Shown: one piece after another, positions 12,541 to 24,200 of the stretch
How the letters are laid out: the number at the start of each line of letters is the position of its first letter
Numbering within the stretch: position 1 is the first letter of the stretch
Origin: Marsupella aquatica
Lineage: Eukaryota > Plantae > Marchantiophyta
DNA length: 64,000 bases
Direction of reading: 5' to 3'
Assembly: GCA_973895155.1 (NCBI GenBank)
Contig: OZ316891.1
Location: 25,109,899 to 25,173,898, forward strand
Notes under the pieces: generated by a model
Database searches by the model: none
What the model was told of the DNA's origin: nothing
What the model saw: the letters and a program-made list of their open reading frames with translations, nothing else
Program-made: the position numbers and the translations under genes

Positions 12541-14533
12541 TGGTGGACCTTGCCACCCAGCGCCCTCACCAATCCTGGCACCCACGCCTAAGTGCCCTTG
12601 GAGCCTGAACGCCTCCATGGAATACCTGGAGCAAGCACCTTAGTGCCCCTTACACCACCAACGGCCCCTCCCATACAAAGCTGCACTTGCCCTCTAACGC
12701 GACCGCCACTCAACGGTCCGCACAGTCTACACAAGCAACCAAGCACCTCGGTAAGTAACCCTTCAGGATCTAGAACTTGCCAAGTCTAGCATCCTAACTC
12801 AAGCTCAATAGACGTTGGTAGATAGGTCAGCGATAGGTCCTCCCGACGCCATAAGCCGGAACCAGAACCCACATCCACTGTTCGTCCAGAACAACTCATT
12901 CCTTGGGCGCGGCCTAGGTTCCCCCTTGTACCTATCCATCACCAACTGACCGCCCTGACCTCAGGACATGCTCATGGCCCAACTAAGCGTAGCTTGTCCC
13001 AAAGCTTGTCTAAAGCTTGTCCCAACACGTCGGGACCAGAATGGCCCCAACTCTAGCAACCAACTCTCGGCTTGCCCCACTGATGGTCTAGGGGCCAAAC
13101 ACCATTGGGACTCAACCTCCCCACCTACTTGGCCTTGCCTCCCCAACGCAAGCTCCCTTGGGAGACTGAACGCTGTTTGGCTACTGTTTGACGGGATTTG
13201 GCAAGCGGGCGAGCTAACACCCACCAACCATGAGAACCCATGGCACTCCTAGACCCAGCTGAGCTCAGGAGGACCTAGCCCTCCTCGAGATATTTCCAAC
13301 CCACCCAAGAAGTCTTCCAATGGATTCCCGTTGGGAAGATATCGCCGTTTCCATTTGGCGCTTTCCCTTAGTGTCGCGACTGCCGCGTCTCACAACTTCG
13401 GCTTTCCCTTGGCCCCCAGGGAGACACCACTCCCCTCATATATGCTTCTGGAGACCTGCCACCCCCGGACCAGATTTGGTCCTCAATATTTGGCCTCCAA
13501 CCCGAATCCTATTTCGCATAACGGGTGCGCCACCAACTGGCAACGCCCATAACTCTCTTGTTAGGCATCCGCAAACGGAATGCCTTAGCCCGTTGTGATC
13601 AGGCCGACCCGGTGCTCATGCCTAGGCCCTCAAGTCTCATCGCCGCTTGGGGCCCCCGACCGGCCCAACCCGGATCGGGCCATAACTTGCGCCCTAAGTG
13701 TCCGTTGCCCATGGAGTCAACTCCATTGGCCTTGGGCCCAAGAGGAACTCACACTCAAGCCCTCAGAACTCAAAGTCCGTTGTCATGCCAAAAGATTTCG
13801 GCTCAGGAATGGCTTTTATAGGGGATGATGGGCGAGGCCTCCCGGTTGGGTTGCGTGCATGCTGACTCGGAGGGGCTACTTGGTTGGATGGATTGAGGTT
13901 TGATGTTTGGGTGACTCGTCGTCACCAGGTTTGGTGTTTGGGTGAGTCACCAGGCTTGGAGTTTGGATGAGCCTCGCTGATGGCAGCTAGCTCAGGCTGA
14001 AAGGTTGGGTTTTGGATGCTATTTAAGACTTGAGCCTCGGCTCATTGAGGTTGGCGGTTGTCTTTTGAGATCTGTTGAGTTATGTTTTGTGAGTTTCGCT
14101 CCGTTCTGCGGAACTCGACTGTTGTGCGGCGGTTTTAGAGTTCTCTACGAGTGTTGGATCCAGGTGGGGATTTTTCAAGTTTGGAGCCTCGTTGGTCCAG
14201 ACCCAAGTTTTGTGTGAGCTGTTTTAGACTAGTGGAGTAGCTAGTCAAGTTTTGGTTTTGTGAGCTAAGGAGGAAAGTTTTTCCGTCAGATTTTGAGTAG
14301 ATAGTCACTCGAGGAGTTCAGCTTGACAAGTTAGAGGTAGCGGCCCGCCAAAGGGTTAGCTACCAGACTCTTGCAAGCAAGCTTACTTGAGGGCACCCAT
14401 TGTAACCATTGTGAGAAAAGTAAAAAAATAAAGGAGTGAGAGTTTGCTCCAAAAAGTGCTTGTCGCCTGTCCCAGTTGCAGCTAGAAATGCGCAGTTTAC
14501 CCGAGGAGCCCCTAACTTTAAGTCCTTGCGACA
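12541..14533 (+). mobile_element. 5' LTR of a Ty3/gypsy-type retrotransposon
   Basis: Ends ...TGCGACA directly before a PBS and gag. TATA-like CTATTTAA at ~14020 and AATAAA at ~14428. The left boundary is approximate. Confidence 0.6.
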
Positions 14534-14534
14534 T

Positions 14535-14552
14535 TGGCAACCATACTGGGGA
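14535..14552 (+). other. Primer-binding site (resembles tRNA-Arg type)
   Basis: TGGCAACCATACTGGGGA begins 1 nt after the LTR-terminal CA and resembles the TGGCGAC...CTGGGGA PBS of Tat/Ogre-like elements. Confidence 0.65.
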
Positions 14553-14574
14553 GTCCTTGGGGCAATTGGATGAG

Positions 14575-15730
14575 ATGGGTGACTATGACAAAGTTGATCG
14601 GATTTCGAGCATTGTCATGTCGATGATGAGAACCATACGAAAGGAAGAGCTTGAGGCGGAAAGGGTGAACAGGGAAGCGAATAGAACTACTCAGTGTCTC
14701 CAAGAGGTTTTGAAGGAGAATGGGCAGTTCGATGGGAGAAATGTGACAAGCTACCTTAAGTCTTACTTGACAAAAGCAGTTGTCTACAAGTTGGACAAAG
14801 GGACGGCGGTGAAAGAGTTCATGGTGCTGGTTGAGAAGGAGTTGAGTTCAACGGTGCGGACCATCGTTGAGTCAACTGAGGGCTGGGATGACTTTGACCA
14901 GAAGATGAAAGAGGAGTTCCAAGCAGAGGATGCTGATGGGGTCATGTAGGCTACCTTCTTGGATTGGGTGAATGACAGGAACAAGAAGCTGAAGGGGCCA
15001 CAAGAGCTTCTAAGGGAGTTCAAGAGAAGGGTGTCTCAGTTACCAAAGTGGGATGTGGGGATCATTGAGTTGCAGTGCTTGACGCTCTTCTTAAGGGCAC
15101 CTTCGAGAGGAGCTTGAGAACGCAATGGAGTTGCTGGAACCTTTGAGAGTTACCTTGTCTAATGACTGGAACCAAGTTGAGAAAGCGGTGTCAAAAGTGA
15201 GCAATCGACACCGGCCGCGAGAGCTGGACAAGGAGGCTACCACTCTCGACCTAAGGCCGTCGGAACCAATATTGAGGAAAGAGAAGCAAGAACCAGCAAA
15301 GGATGAGATCAAACCATTGGTGGATGATCTTGCGGAAATGATGCGGCATATGCGGTTGAGAATCCGAAACTGAGGGTTGCAAGTGCTCCCGAGAGGAAGT
15401 GAGAGATGCAGAGTTGGCCATGCATGTGGTGCGACAGCAAAGAGCATGACAAACAGGAGTGCTTGGATCTGAGGGAAGCTGCGGATAAAGGGCTGATCAA
15501 GTTCATCGGTGAAGTTGGTTAGAAAAAAATATCATTTGCCGATACTGAGGAGCCGATTCCATTCAACTCCAACAAGGGAGGCATGAAGGCTTTGGCTGAG
15601 AAGCGAGCTGGGAAGCGAGTCGAAGAGGCGTCCTCTTCGCACTTGGAGGTGAATGTTTACAATGTGGAGTTGGATGGCCCCGCGGCGGAAACGGACAAGT
15701 TTTACAAGCGCTTGGCAGATCTGGAGTAAA
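14575..15730 (+). pseudogene. Retrotransposon gag, degenerate and truncated
   Basis: FDGRNVTSYLKSY capsid-like motif and a Cx2Cx4Hx4C zinc knuckle (CMWCDSKEHDKQEC, ~15421-15462). Contains stops and frameshifts and ends at the TIR at 15732. Confidence 0.8.
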
Positions 15731-16528
15731 GGTACATCATCAGTTATCAGTGACTGATATCAGTCATTGCTCGTCGCGCTTAACACTTACCTGCATGTCG
15801 GCGACTGTGCTCAGATTGGCCCGGGGATCTCAGCGAACTCGCAAACATCTATGATTCAGGGTTTACGGTCTTGAAACGCAAAGCAATAAGCATAAAGGCG
15901 GTGTCCGTACAGTTTTAGGCGACCATAGCCAGAATGTCAAAGAGGTCGCCGACATAAGGTCGACATGATGTTTACTAGAAAAACATTTTACAACCCATAT
16001 ATTGTAATTCGTCGGCAATGCTCGCCGAGAAGACATCATCGAGATACTACTACTAGGCTGTTGGTGGTGCCAGCCTTGAAAGAAGTAATCAACGAGAATT
16101 GTGATGCAGTGTAGAATCCTTGGGATCAGTTGCGACCACCAGAAGATCAAGATGTTTGCCCAATAAGAGAGCTTATAAGAAAAGGTAGCATGAATTCATT
16201 GTCATTCCTTGGCGATGCTCGCCGAGAAGACATCGTCAAGAGACTGCTACTCCTACTTGTCAAGCCGAGGAAAATGCTCTCGGCGAGGGTCGCCGACTTT
16301 ACCACGACAGATTCAGTAATGTATAACTAAGCTGCCTAATCTGCACAAAATGTTTCATAAGATCTGGATTACACAGCCGATTAGACGGATTTCTACTATT
16401 ATCGTCCAGTTTAATTTGACACTCCATAAAATCATTACCGACGAACGATTCAGTAACTACCAAAATGTATCAAAACTTTGAGGCTACAACGTTCCTCTAT
16501 TTCCTACAAGTAAATGTGTACACGAAAT

Positions 16529-17320
16529 TCATGTTTTTTGTACATTCACTCCAGTGAACGCCCCTAATTCAGCTCTTGCCGAGAGGAGGTCATTCATTTT
16601 TACCCATAGATTCTGGACGTTGTCACACATCTCAGATAGCCTAGCCTGCACATCTACATGAAGGCTCATAAGCTTCTGGAAGTCTGACTTGCTGTCCGCG
16701 ATCTCTGCATCCAAACTCTTCAGCAACTCTTTAGCAAACACGAAGTCAACATCAGCATATTTCGAACACTCGGCACTAGGCGAGTCCTTGTGGCTGGTTG
16801 TGTTGTAACGACCGCGGAACTTAGCTGCACCGTCTACGGGCATCTTCAACGTCTCGTTCATTCTGTTTGCATCACCAACAGCCTTGCGATTATCTGGAGA
16901 TCTCAACAGACAAGGAGCTTCACCATCACCGTCTGGCAGTGTGGTAGCCATTGCAATAGGATGCTTCCTTGGGCGACCTTGTTTCCTCTTCTCTGCCAAG
17001 AGCCAAGGAGCTTCATTATCAGGTAACGCGATCGACATTATGATGGGATGCTTCCTCGGCCGACCTCGTTTCCTCTTCTCTGTCAAGAGCCGAGGAACTT
17101 CATTATCAGGTAACGCTATCAACATTACGATGGGATGCTTCCTCGGCCGACCTCGTTTCCTCTTCTGTGGGACGATGTCCAAAACGGCGGAGACAGTGGG
17201 TGTGTGCCTGTCTTGGACACCGATCATAGACTCCACTCTGGCCATGGTGCTCTGCCCTGATGAGAAAGAAGGTGAAAAATTGTAGGGTGCATCGCGCTGC
17301 CACATTGCCTTCACCTCCAT
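16529..17320 (-). CDS. Triple AT-hook protein with a C-terminal coiled coil
   Basis: Three KRK[R/Q]GRPRKHP motifs in ~81-bp repeats and a heptad-rich C-terminus. Intact 263-aa ORF; an upstream exon is possible. Confidence 0.75.
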   Translation of the reverse strand: MEVKAMWQRDAPYNFSPSFSSGQSTMARVESMIGVQDRHTPTVSAVLDIVPQKRKRGRPRKHPIVMLIALPDNEVPRLLTEKRKRGRPRKHPIIMSIALPDNEAPWLLAEKRKQGRPRKHPIAMATTLPDGDGEAPCLLRSPDNRKAVGDANRMNETLKMPVDGAAKFRGRYNTTSHKDSPSAECSKYADVDFVFAKELLKSLDAEIADSKSDFQKLMSLHVDVQARLSEMCDNVQNLWVKMNDLLSARAELGAFTGVNVQKT

Positions 17321-17861
17321 CTATCTAGTCCGTGTTGTGGTGACCTGCAACGTACAAGACAATCATCATCATTGCCACTAAAAATCCAATAATTATTGGT
17401 ATCCTATCCCTAGACGGTTGAAGGGACAACAACGTCCGCTCGTAATAATGGGTACATGTCTTTTCACACACACTCCAGGTTTGGCCAACAAATGAGTTAA
17501 TGTTGATTTGACCTGCAACGGTCAAGACTGTCAGGATTAGTTTTTGGCACTGTATGAGCGTATGATTCCACAATTACTATGTAATCCCATTTCGGCAAGG
17601 ATCTCTGAGATCAGAGGCCACCGACTTCTTTGTTAGTTTGACGACAAAGAGTTTAGGGTGTAAGTAGATCTCGGAGAGGGTCTCCAAGATCTGGTGGTTC
17701 TCTCACTCGGCAACGGTCAAAATTATGATCCTAAGTTCCATTTTGGCGAGGGTCTCTGAGATCCAGTTTCTTACTTTACCTTGGTAAGTGCGATTTTGGC
17801 AAGGATCGCAGACATCCAATTGGGAAGTTCCATTCCGACGAAGTTCCATTCCTGCGAAGTT

Positions 17862-18400
17862 CCATTCCGGCGAGGGTCACTACATCCGGTTTCAGTGCCA
17901 TTTCGGTGAGGGTCGCTGACATCCGGTTTCAGTGCCATTTTGGCGAGGGTTGTTGACATCCGGTTTTAGTGCCATTCCGGCGAGGGTCGCTGACATCCGG
18001 TTTCAGTGCCATTCCGGCGAGGGTCGCTGACATCCGGTTTCAGTGCCATTTCGGCGAGGGTCGCTGACATCCGGTTTCAGTCCCATTCCGGCGAGGGTCG
18101 CTGACATCCGGTTTCAGTGCCATTTCGGCGAGGGTCGCTGACATCCGGTTTCAGTGCCATTTTGGCGAGGGTCGCTAACATCCGGTTTCAGTGCCATTTT
18201 GGCGAGGGTCGTTGACATCCGGTTTTAGTGCCATTTTGGCGAGGGTCGCTGACATCCGGTTTCAGTGCCATTTTGGCGAGGGTCGCTGACATCTGGTTTC
18301 AGTCCCATTCCGGTGAGGGTCGCTGACATCCGGTTTTAGTGCCATTTTGGCGAGGGTCGCTGACATCCGGTTTTAGTGCCATTTCGGCGAGGGTCGCTCA
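17862..18400. repeat. 37-bp tandem array, ~14 copies
   Basis: Unit GTGCCATTTCGGCGAGGGTCGCTGACATCCGGTTTCA (e.g. starts at 17895 and 17932), with no spacers. Confidence 0.95.
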
Positions 18401-18702
18401 GATCCGACAAATGGCAAATGTCTCCAAGGTGAGTAGCGTTCACGAACACTACATCTTGGAGATCCTCGCCGAATTCCAACGGTGCCGTTTGGATGTCGGT
18501 GAGGCCGCCGGGAGGGAAAAAAGACCACACCAATAGTACGATAACGTAAGCTTTTTTATTATTGAAAAATGTCGTACAAAATTAGTCCATGATGCTACCC
18601 CTGACCTCATTACTACATGATGAGTTCAAGTCATGACATGACCTAGTGGCCAGTGGACCCTATCGACAATGCTATCCGCGATGACCTCCTGTGCCTTCAC
18701 AG

Positions 18703-19413
18703 TCAAATATCACTAGAATAAAGCCCGTAGCCACTGTCTGGATTGTTGCTCGGCAATTTTTCTACATTGTCACACCATAAGATTGGGGTTAACCTATTCT
18801 CCACCCAGTCCTGGACTCTTCCTAGCACATCTCCATCGAAGAACTTATCATACAGATCCCTCTCAATTATCTCCGTCCTCCAGACGTAGTTTGCCACCCA
18901 AGACTTGAGTGATGTAACTGACATCATAGAGAGGGCATCAATAGGCGGAATTTGTCATAAGAGAACACGGAACGTACACGCGGTTGAGTGACGATTCCAA
19001 TGTCGGTTGTCGTCCATGTTTTCAATGACGTCCTTCACCACTTTTAACGCTGCCCATCCCTTGGAGTGAGTCACGAGGAATCTCCATTTCCTACTAACTC
19101 TGGACAATATGCGCATGTTGTCGATCATCTTGAAGGTAGCATCATCATCAGTGCCATGTGCATTTGCAGACTCAAATGCATTTCTAAGTAGAGGCCAAAC
19201 ATGTCCCTCTGTCAGCATATCCGGGAGGCCAGGGATGAGACTCTGCCTTTTTGCTTCTTCTGCTTCCTCCGGAATAGGCTCCCCAATAGTCCCCCATATT
19301 GAGAGCCGATCAAAATCAGCTTTCAATTTCAGCTCAATAATTGTCACCGTAAACTTATCAAGGCGTGTAGCGCACTTTTCATGATAACGCCTCTTCGTGT
19401 ATGATCCTTCCAT
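18703..19413 (-). pseudogene. F-box-like protein A (one frameshift near 18955)
   Basis: LIPGLPDMLTEGHVWPLL...LSRVSRKWRFLVTHSKGW. The paralog at 55228-55957 reads through this junction in a single frame. Confidence 0.7.
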
Positions 19414-19740
19414 GTTGGAGAGCCGCTTGAAGCAAGTTTAGCCGCTTGAAGCACCCGTGAGATGAAGATGACACCCAACAGATTGAACACAACAACCAAC
19501 CAACCGAACAAGCGGATGAAGAATAGAGAAAGTGCCCTCCTCTTTATAACGACATCGACATTGACATATTGGTTTCGATGGTCTCCACCTGCGAAGTCTG
19601 CGGGTTGATCTTGACCCTGTAGGGGCTGCGCGCCGGTTGCGCAACGGGCGTAGAACGTCTGTCTTCGTGGGGAGGCTCTCCCTAAGAAATGAACAGCGAT
19701 GTCATTTCTGCCCAGTGCGATGAATGTCAAAGTGTAGAAA

Positions 19741-20017
19741 TTCAACCAAGCGCAGGGATAAGTGAGAAGGACGTTGAAAACCCTAACAAAGAGTGAAGAG
19801 GAAGAGGAAGAGTAAGGAAGAAGGGAGCACGTACCGCACGTACCGCACCGCACAAAACTACGTCATGGATATGGGACATCCCAACTATACTTGACAACGT
19901 ACATCTTGTTAACAGACCAAACAAGAAAGTACGCAAGGGAAGTACGCAAGGGTCTAGGATTTACGGCCCAGTATAGGGGGTACGTGTTTAGGGTTTAGGG
20001 TTTAGGGTAAACCCTAA
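19741..20017 (-). promoter_or_regulatory. Upstream module with telo-boxes and GTAC repeats, duplicated at 37311-37655
   Basis: Inverted homology to 37311-37655. (TTTAGGG)3 at ~19987-20007 and repeated GTACCGCAC. Confidence 0.55.
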
Positions 20018-20201
20018 ACGGTCCAAATGTCAAAGACCCTCGCCAAGAATTGATAGTGAAAGATAGGAAGGATCTCATGTCGCCAAGTATTTATTACTCA
20101 AAAAAGTCGTACAAAATTAGTCCATGATCTCTAAATCTGAACCAGGTGTGGCGTACTCCTGCGTATTCTATACACTAAACCGATAATGACATGAAGTGCA
20201 C

Positions 20202-20930
20202 CTAAAAGTTGTCACGATTGACACTTACACCTTGATCAAGTCTTTCCTGAACCTGCTCAGTGTACCAATTATCAAGACGAGTCCTTTTCCAAGCATCTAC
20301 TCGTTCTTGCTGAACACCATATATCGACAGATAACAGTCCGCTTCCTCCGAATCACATAATAACCAGGAATCGATCCTCTCATTTAAGATATCATCAGCC
20401 AACCGAGCCCAAACATCAATCGGTGGAAACGCTCTCATTGACTCACAAAAGAAGTGAGGTGTCAATTCAAGCCATCTTGTGGCACAAAATATCACAGCAG
20501 TAGTCATTGCAGCCCATGCTATGGAGTTTGTTATCAAATATCTCCATTTCCTGTTGATATGTGCAACAGACCGCACCATCAGGCACATCTTCCTCACTGG
20601 AGCATCCACAAGCACAACATCTTCCAACATTGATTGGATCCGGGGCCATATGTGCAACTCCACAAGATCATCAGGCAATCCCGGAATCAAGTTACCGGCT
20701 GGAGGGCGACATCGTAGGGGATAACGAGAGGAGGGGAGATTCCAGATGCGAGCACGGTCTTGTTCTTTACTAGCAAGAAGCGTCTGCAATTCCGATGTAA
20801 GCCTTTCTTGTGTCCTATCAATCACCATCTCACGTCCGCCTGCACTAGGATCCATAGTTTCGAACAAAGCAACAACCCTCATCCCAAGGACCCAAGCGGG
20901 TTTAGGGTCGAATCTGAGCCTCGCCAACAT
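20202..20930 (-). CDS. F-box-like protein B
   Basis: LIPGLPDDLVELHIWPRI...VAHINRKWRYLITNSIAW in an intact ORF. A paralog lies at 60584-61249. Confidence 0.7.
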   Translation of the reverse strand: MLARLRFDPKPAWVLGMRVVALFETMDPSAGGREMVIDRTQERLTSELQTLLASKEQDRARIWNLPSSRYPLRCRPPAGNLIPGLPDDLVELHIWPRIQSMLEDVVLVDAPVRKMCLMVRSVAHINRKWRYLITNSIAWAAMTTAVIFCATRWLELTPHFFCESMRAFPPIDVWARLADDILNERIDSWLLCDSEEADCYLSIYGVQQERVDAWKRTRLDNWYTEQVQERLDQGVSVNRDNF

Positions 20931-21213
20931 AAATCCGTAACCCTATACTTATAACGGTCATATTATAAACCCTAACCCCCTAACCCTAGGCCCGCAACCC
21001 TGAAGTCCATGTCGGCGAGGGTCGCCAAGATGACTCAGGAGTTACATCGGCGAGGGTCGCCAAGATTAGATGACTCGGCGAGGGTCGCCAAGATTAGATG
21101 ACACGGCGAGGGTCGCCAAGAAGTCCATGTCGGCGATGATCGCCCTAAACCCTAAACCCTAAACCTCGCTACCATTAGGTGACAATGTTAGCGAGGGTCG
21201 CCGACATACAATG

Positions 21214-24200
21214 TCAGACGATACTGGCATTTGCTACAAGGCCGCGGACCTCAGTTAGAGTCAAGATAGGTTGGTTTACACATTGATCCGTGTCAATGTC
21301 CCTTTTACAGATGTTTGCAAAGCACCAGTACAAGTACTTGCACGGGAAGTAGGCTCTTCCCATCGACTCCCTATACATGAAATCCTTGCAGGAGCAACTT
21401 GGGAAGACACAGATCTGGACGCAATGTACTGAAGTTCGCCCCCTGCTAGTGTTGTTCACCATGAGCCTTATGCCGGTAGCATTCCCTGTTTCAATTCTCC
21501 TCATTGACGTGCACACAATGGCCTCGATCTTAGCATTTTGGATACGTGCTAATGCATCCTTGGGGGGGTCTGACCTCCTTCGCCTTGCCTGGCCATTGCG
21601 GCGAGTACCACGATCGTCAGGCCTTGTAGGATCTGGCCGCTCTGGGTATGTGTTCAAATCCATGATGATGTCGCCAGCACTCACTACCTCATTCATAACA
21701 TCACCACCAGAAATGACATCCACTCCATTGTTGTGCAGGAAAATAACCTCTGCTTCTGTAAGATTAGTACCACGAGAGACCGGAAACTTTGAAGGCAGTG
21801 GTGGTAGCACGCCGGTAATGAAAGGCAAAGAGGATTTTGTGCAACACTGGTTGTTCGGACAAAACCAATACGGATATGGAACACCTGGTTCATTAAATTT
21901 ACTCCCCGCCAGCCAACAAATACCAACAACACCCAATTCGCTCACTTTCAATCCTGCCTCTCTAATAAATTGAGCACATACTCCCCGTTCCTTGCCTTTG
22001 AACGCACCTCTACAACCGGGACTCTTACCACATGTTGAGATGCGGGCCAGAAATAACGTCCCTGGCACCAAATCAGTTTCCTGAACATGTCTTCTGACGG
22101 GCTCCGGACGTGGGGTTGACCTTGTCGTCCGTTGGAGAGGTTCCACAATGACAACTTCAGGCTCGCCCGAGCCACTACCGCCATCAGAAGACAGATCCAC
22201 AACTTCAGGATCTGTGCTTTTTAAGGTTGCGTCCCTGTTTGCAACCCCCTTGAACTTCCTCTTCTTTGGTCTCGTTACCAGAACAATGTCAGGCCTGTGT
22301 GAATCTTCTACTACCACATGAGCGCCAGATACGGCCTTCCCGCGCTTCATAGAAACCGTTTCTACATCTCCGCTAAGTGGGTCCGCCGACGAGAACTTAC
22401 GCAATTCTGGTTGAGTTATAACTGTGTTCAATTTTGAAAAGAAAGATTCCACATTCCCAACAGCAGTAGCGTCTCGAAGTCGGAGTTCAAATAGGCTCGG
22501 TCCCCGCCCTTTCCTCCCACTGTGTTGGTAGTGCTCCAAAGATGCAACCTGGCTCAATGCTCGAGTTGCATCTAAGTTACAGGACTGTACTAACCCAACC
22601 TTTCTATTAGAGGACCATTTCCGCATGACCGCATGCACCGACTCTGCCCCGCTGTGGTTAGGCATCAGCGTAGCCTTTTCTCTGTCCATCTCCTACAATT
22701 TCCAAGAAGAATGTCAATACAATTGGAAACATATCTCGGCGACCGCTGCCAATATTTGACAGAAAGCGTTACAGACAGAGGTCATCCAATTGAACATCCC
22801 TTCAACTGACCCCATGTCAGCGAGCTTCGCCGAGATTTGACGGATTTCATGCATATAGAGGAAAAGCGTTAGACACTTACGAGTCTCAAAAAATTTCCCC
22901 ATTGAGAAAACCGAACAATCCACCAAGACATCCACGTTGTGAGCTCCTTCGCTTTTCCAGGTAGCGCGTTGCCCTCGCTCCACCACGTCTTAAGCTTCTC
23001 AAAAACTCGAAATGCAAGAACTATGTTGCCGGCGTGTCGAAGCGAATCTAGAATTTCCTTATGCTCAAATCTCTTCTGTGGGACAATGTGCTTCTGCACC
23101 CTCTCCACTGATTGGGCCCAGTGAAACGCATCAAACCTCTCTCTATGGGTATTTACCTTTCCATCCCAAAATTCATTGCGGATTGCATTCCACCCAGCAG
23201 CAGCATTATCAGCCATAAAGCCACAAAATTCAACATTGATAAGCCCATGTTCTCCACACACCCTCCTCATGACCTTCCATGCAGTTTGTAATGCCGCACT
23301 ATCTTCTGAAACCAGCTCACAAACAAATATTGTGCACAGGCCCCGATAGAAATGGTCATACACGTGTGCTGACATGGTGCACCATTTGTTGTCAAGTATA
23401 CGATGCATCACATCAGACATCACCCATGAATGCTCGAGATCCCCGCCTGGCTGCATTCTTCGAACAAGGTCCACCCCGGAACCAGGACCTTCTGTACTCA
23501 TTTTAAAAATGTGCGGTCGCTCGTCTGTTCCCACGTTCTGGGATGGGAACAAAACACTTTGGATAAACGGAAAGGCAGTCACCTTCCGCATCTCCAGTAT
23601 CATGTTAAGATCAGACGACACATGACTGTACTTCTTGATGCTCCTGATCATAGAGCAAAAAATGGATTCATCACCGAGGATGGACAACATTTCATTAAGG
23701 TCTCTTGCCTCCTCAGATGTCACCATTTTAGCCACTGGGTCTTCAAGGATATCTTTAAGTTTCTGTATTGCCTTGCCCTTGATAACAGACGGCATAGCAG
23801 TCGGACTCCTCTTCAGCTCCACCTCCACAAGATTGCGCACAACTGATCGTTGATCCTTGTTATGCGTGAACATTGCAGGATGGGTGTGATTTCCTATATG
23901 CATCGCAACACGAGACTTGTGACAATAATTCACGTCATCCTTGGTTGGAGTGATATAGTACATCTCACTTGGGCATCGAGCTATACACCTGGGAGGCCTC
24001 TTGCAGTACGTACAAATTACACTCGACGGGGTAACATCGCGTCCAACAGGGAAAGGTAGCTCATTTGTGCCTGCTCGATCTCGGGTCCACTTTGCAGAAT
24101 TGTGCTCTTGTCGCTGTTGAAAATTTTCACAATCCTCATGCAGACATCGCAGAGAACCCAAACACTTGACGCTTTGGATCTTGTACGAGTGACTATTGTT

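Noticed and set aside
15735-15750. CATCATCA terminus resembling adenovirus ITRs or protein-primed elements
   Set aside because: Only 8 bp, not exactly terminal and not conserved at the right end (CTTCATCA). No pPolB, capsid or packaging ATPase was seen.
17862-18400. CRISPR-like 37-bp repeats
   Set aside because: The units are head-to-tail with no unique spacers, there are no cas genes, and the context is eukaryotic.
19987-20017. TTTAGGG repeats as a telomere or chromosome fusion site
   Set aside because: Only 3-4 units. Similar short tracts recur upstream of several cargo genes, consistent with telo-boxes.
21377-21973. 198-aa plus-strand ORF (also 62923-63519) and other antisense ORFs
   Set aside because: They are shadows of the conserved minus-strand transposase; their similarity is explained by DNA identity.
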